Shown here: positions 63,464-64,000 of the stretch, piece after piece | Position numbering within the stretch: position 1 is the stretch's first letter | Layout: each line of letters opens with the position of its first letter | NCBI RefSeq assembly: GCF_964204865.1 | Contig: NC_135256.1 | Coordinates: 2,170,001-2,234,000, forward strand | Length of the DNA stretch: 64,000 nt | DNA from: Styela clava | Taxonomy: Eukaryota | Direction: 5' to 3' | Notes under the pieces: generated by a model | Databases searched by the model: none | Seen by the model: only the letters and a program-made list of their open reading frames with translations | What the model was told of the DNA's origin: nothing | Made by a program: the position numbers and the translations under genes

Positions 63464-63930
63464 TTACTTATCGATTTTAATCGGTAAGTATGTAGATAGG
63501 TATTTGTCTGTATGTCTGTCTGTCTGTTAGATGCACGCGATATCTCACGAAGGCGTGGTTAAATCTGCTCCAAATTTTGCATGTGCATTCATCGTATCTC
63601 GGACCAGTAGCCCATAGATTTTGGATGAATTATGTTGTATAATTAGCGAGTTAACAATTAATTAGTGATGAAGAGATCTGGATTTTTACAAAGCGAGAGA
63701 TTTTCGAGACGCGCTGAATGTGTGTGTGCGTGTCCGATGCGCAAGTTTTCACGCTAGTGAGTCAGAGCGAAGGATACACACCGCTAGATCGTATCTCGTG
63801 ATTAATCTTTAAGTTTTGTCCATATCTCTCTTGTAACTTTGACGTCGTCGCGATGCGCAAGTTTCCTTCGGGAAATTTTCCACGCTATTGAGTCAAAGCA
63901 AAGGATACACGCCGCGAGATCGCATCTCGT
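63464..63930 (+). mobile_element. HINE family 1 copy with internal tandem duplication
   Basis: ttacttatcgattttaatcggtaagta start, GTCT repeats, duplicated gatgcgcaagttt...gtatctcgt block. Confidence 0.7.
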
Positions 63931-64000
63931 TACTTATATTTACTCTTTAAAGTTTATGCAATGTCCATATTCCTCTCAGGTTCGGGGTTGCAGAATTCCT

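Overview
AT-rich, intron-containing eukaryotic (animal) DNA; the style suggests a marine invertebrate such as an ascidian, but that is inference only. I can reconstruct one apparently intact gene by hand from GT-AG junctions with consistent phases: a + strand NLR-type immune receptor (15 coding exons, CDS 17495..33936, about 1,241 aa). It has a NACHT exon (Walker A GQAGSGKT, Walker B FFFDGLDQ) and phase-0 LRR exons that include an A-B-A-B duplication. Instead of a CARD/PYD/Death domain, its N-terminus is a set of five related beta-rich modules with 5- and 7-residue periodicity, mostly encoded by symmetric phase-1 exons. This is the most interesting candidate system here: a possible beta-solenoid or amyloid-type signalling domain on an animal NLR. 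The rest of the window is a dense transposon graveyard: many hAT MITEs and fragments (several with 8-bp TSDs), an IS3EU-like foldback with a 6-bp TSD, two Helentron/DINE-1-like families, a MITE>Gypsy>piggyBac nest, a second decayed piggyBac, a CR1/L2 fragment, a decayed C2H2 zinc-finger array, and a 66-bp minisatellite derived from a BTB-domain motif. No rRNA, credible tRNA or CRISPR array was seen. All alignments and counts were done by eye.
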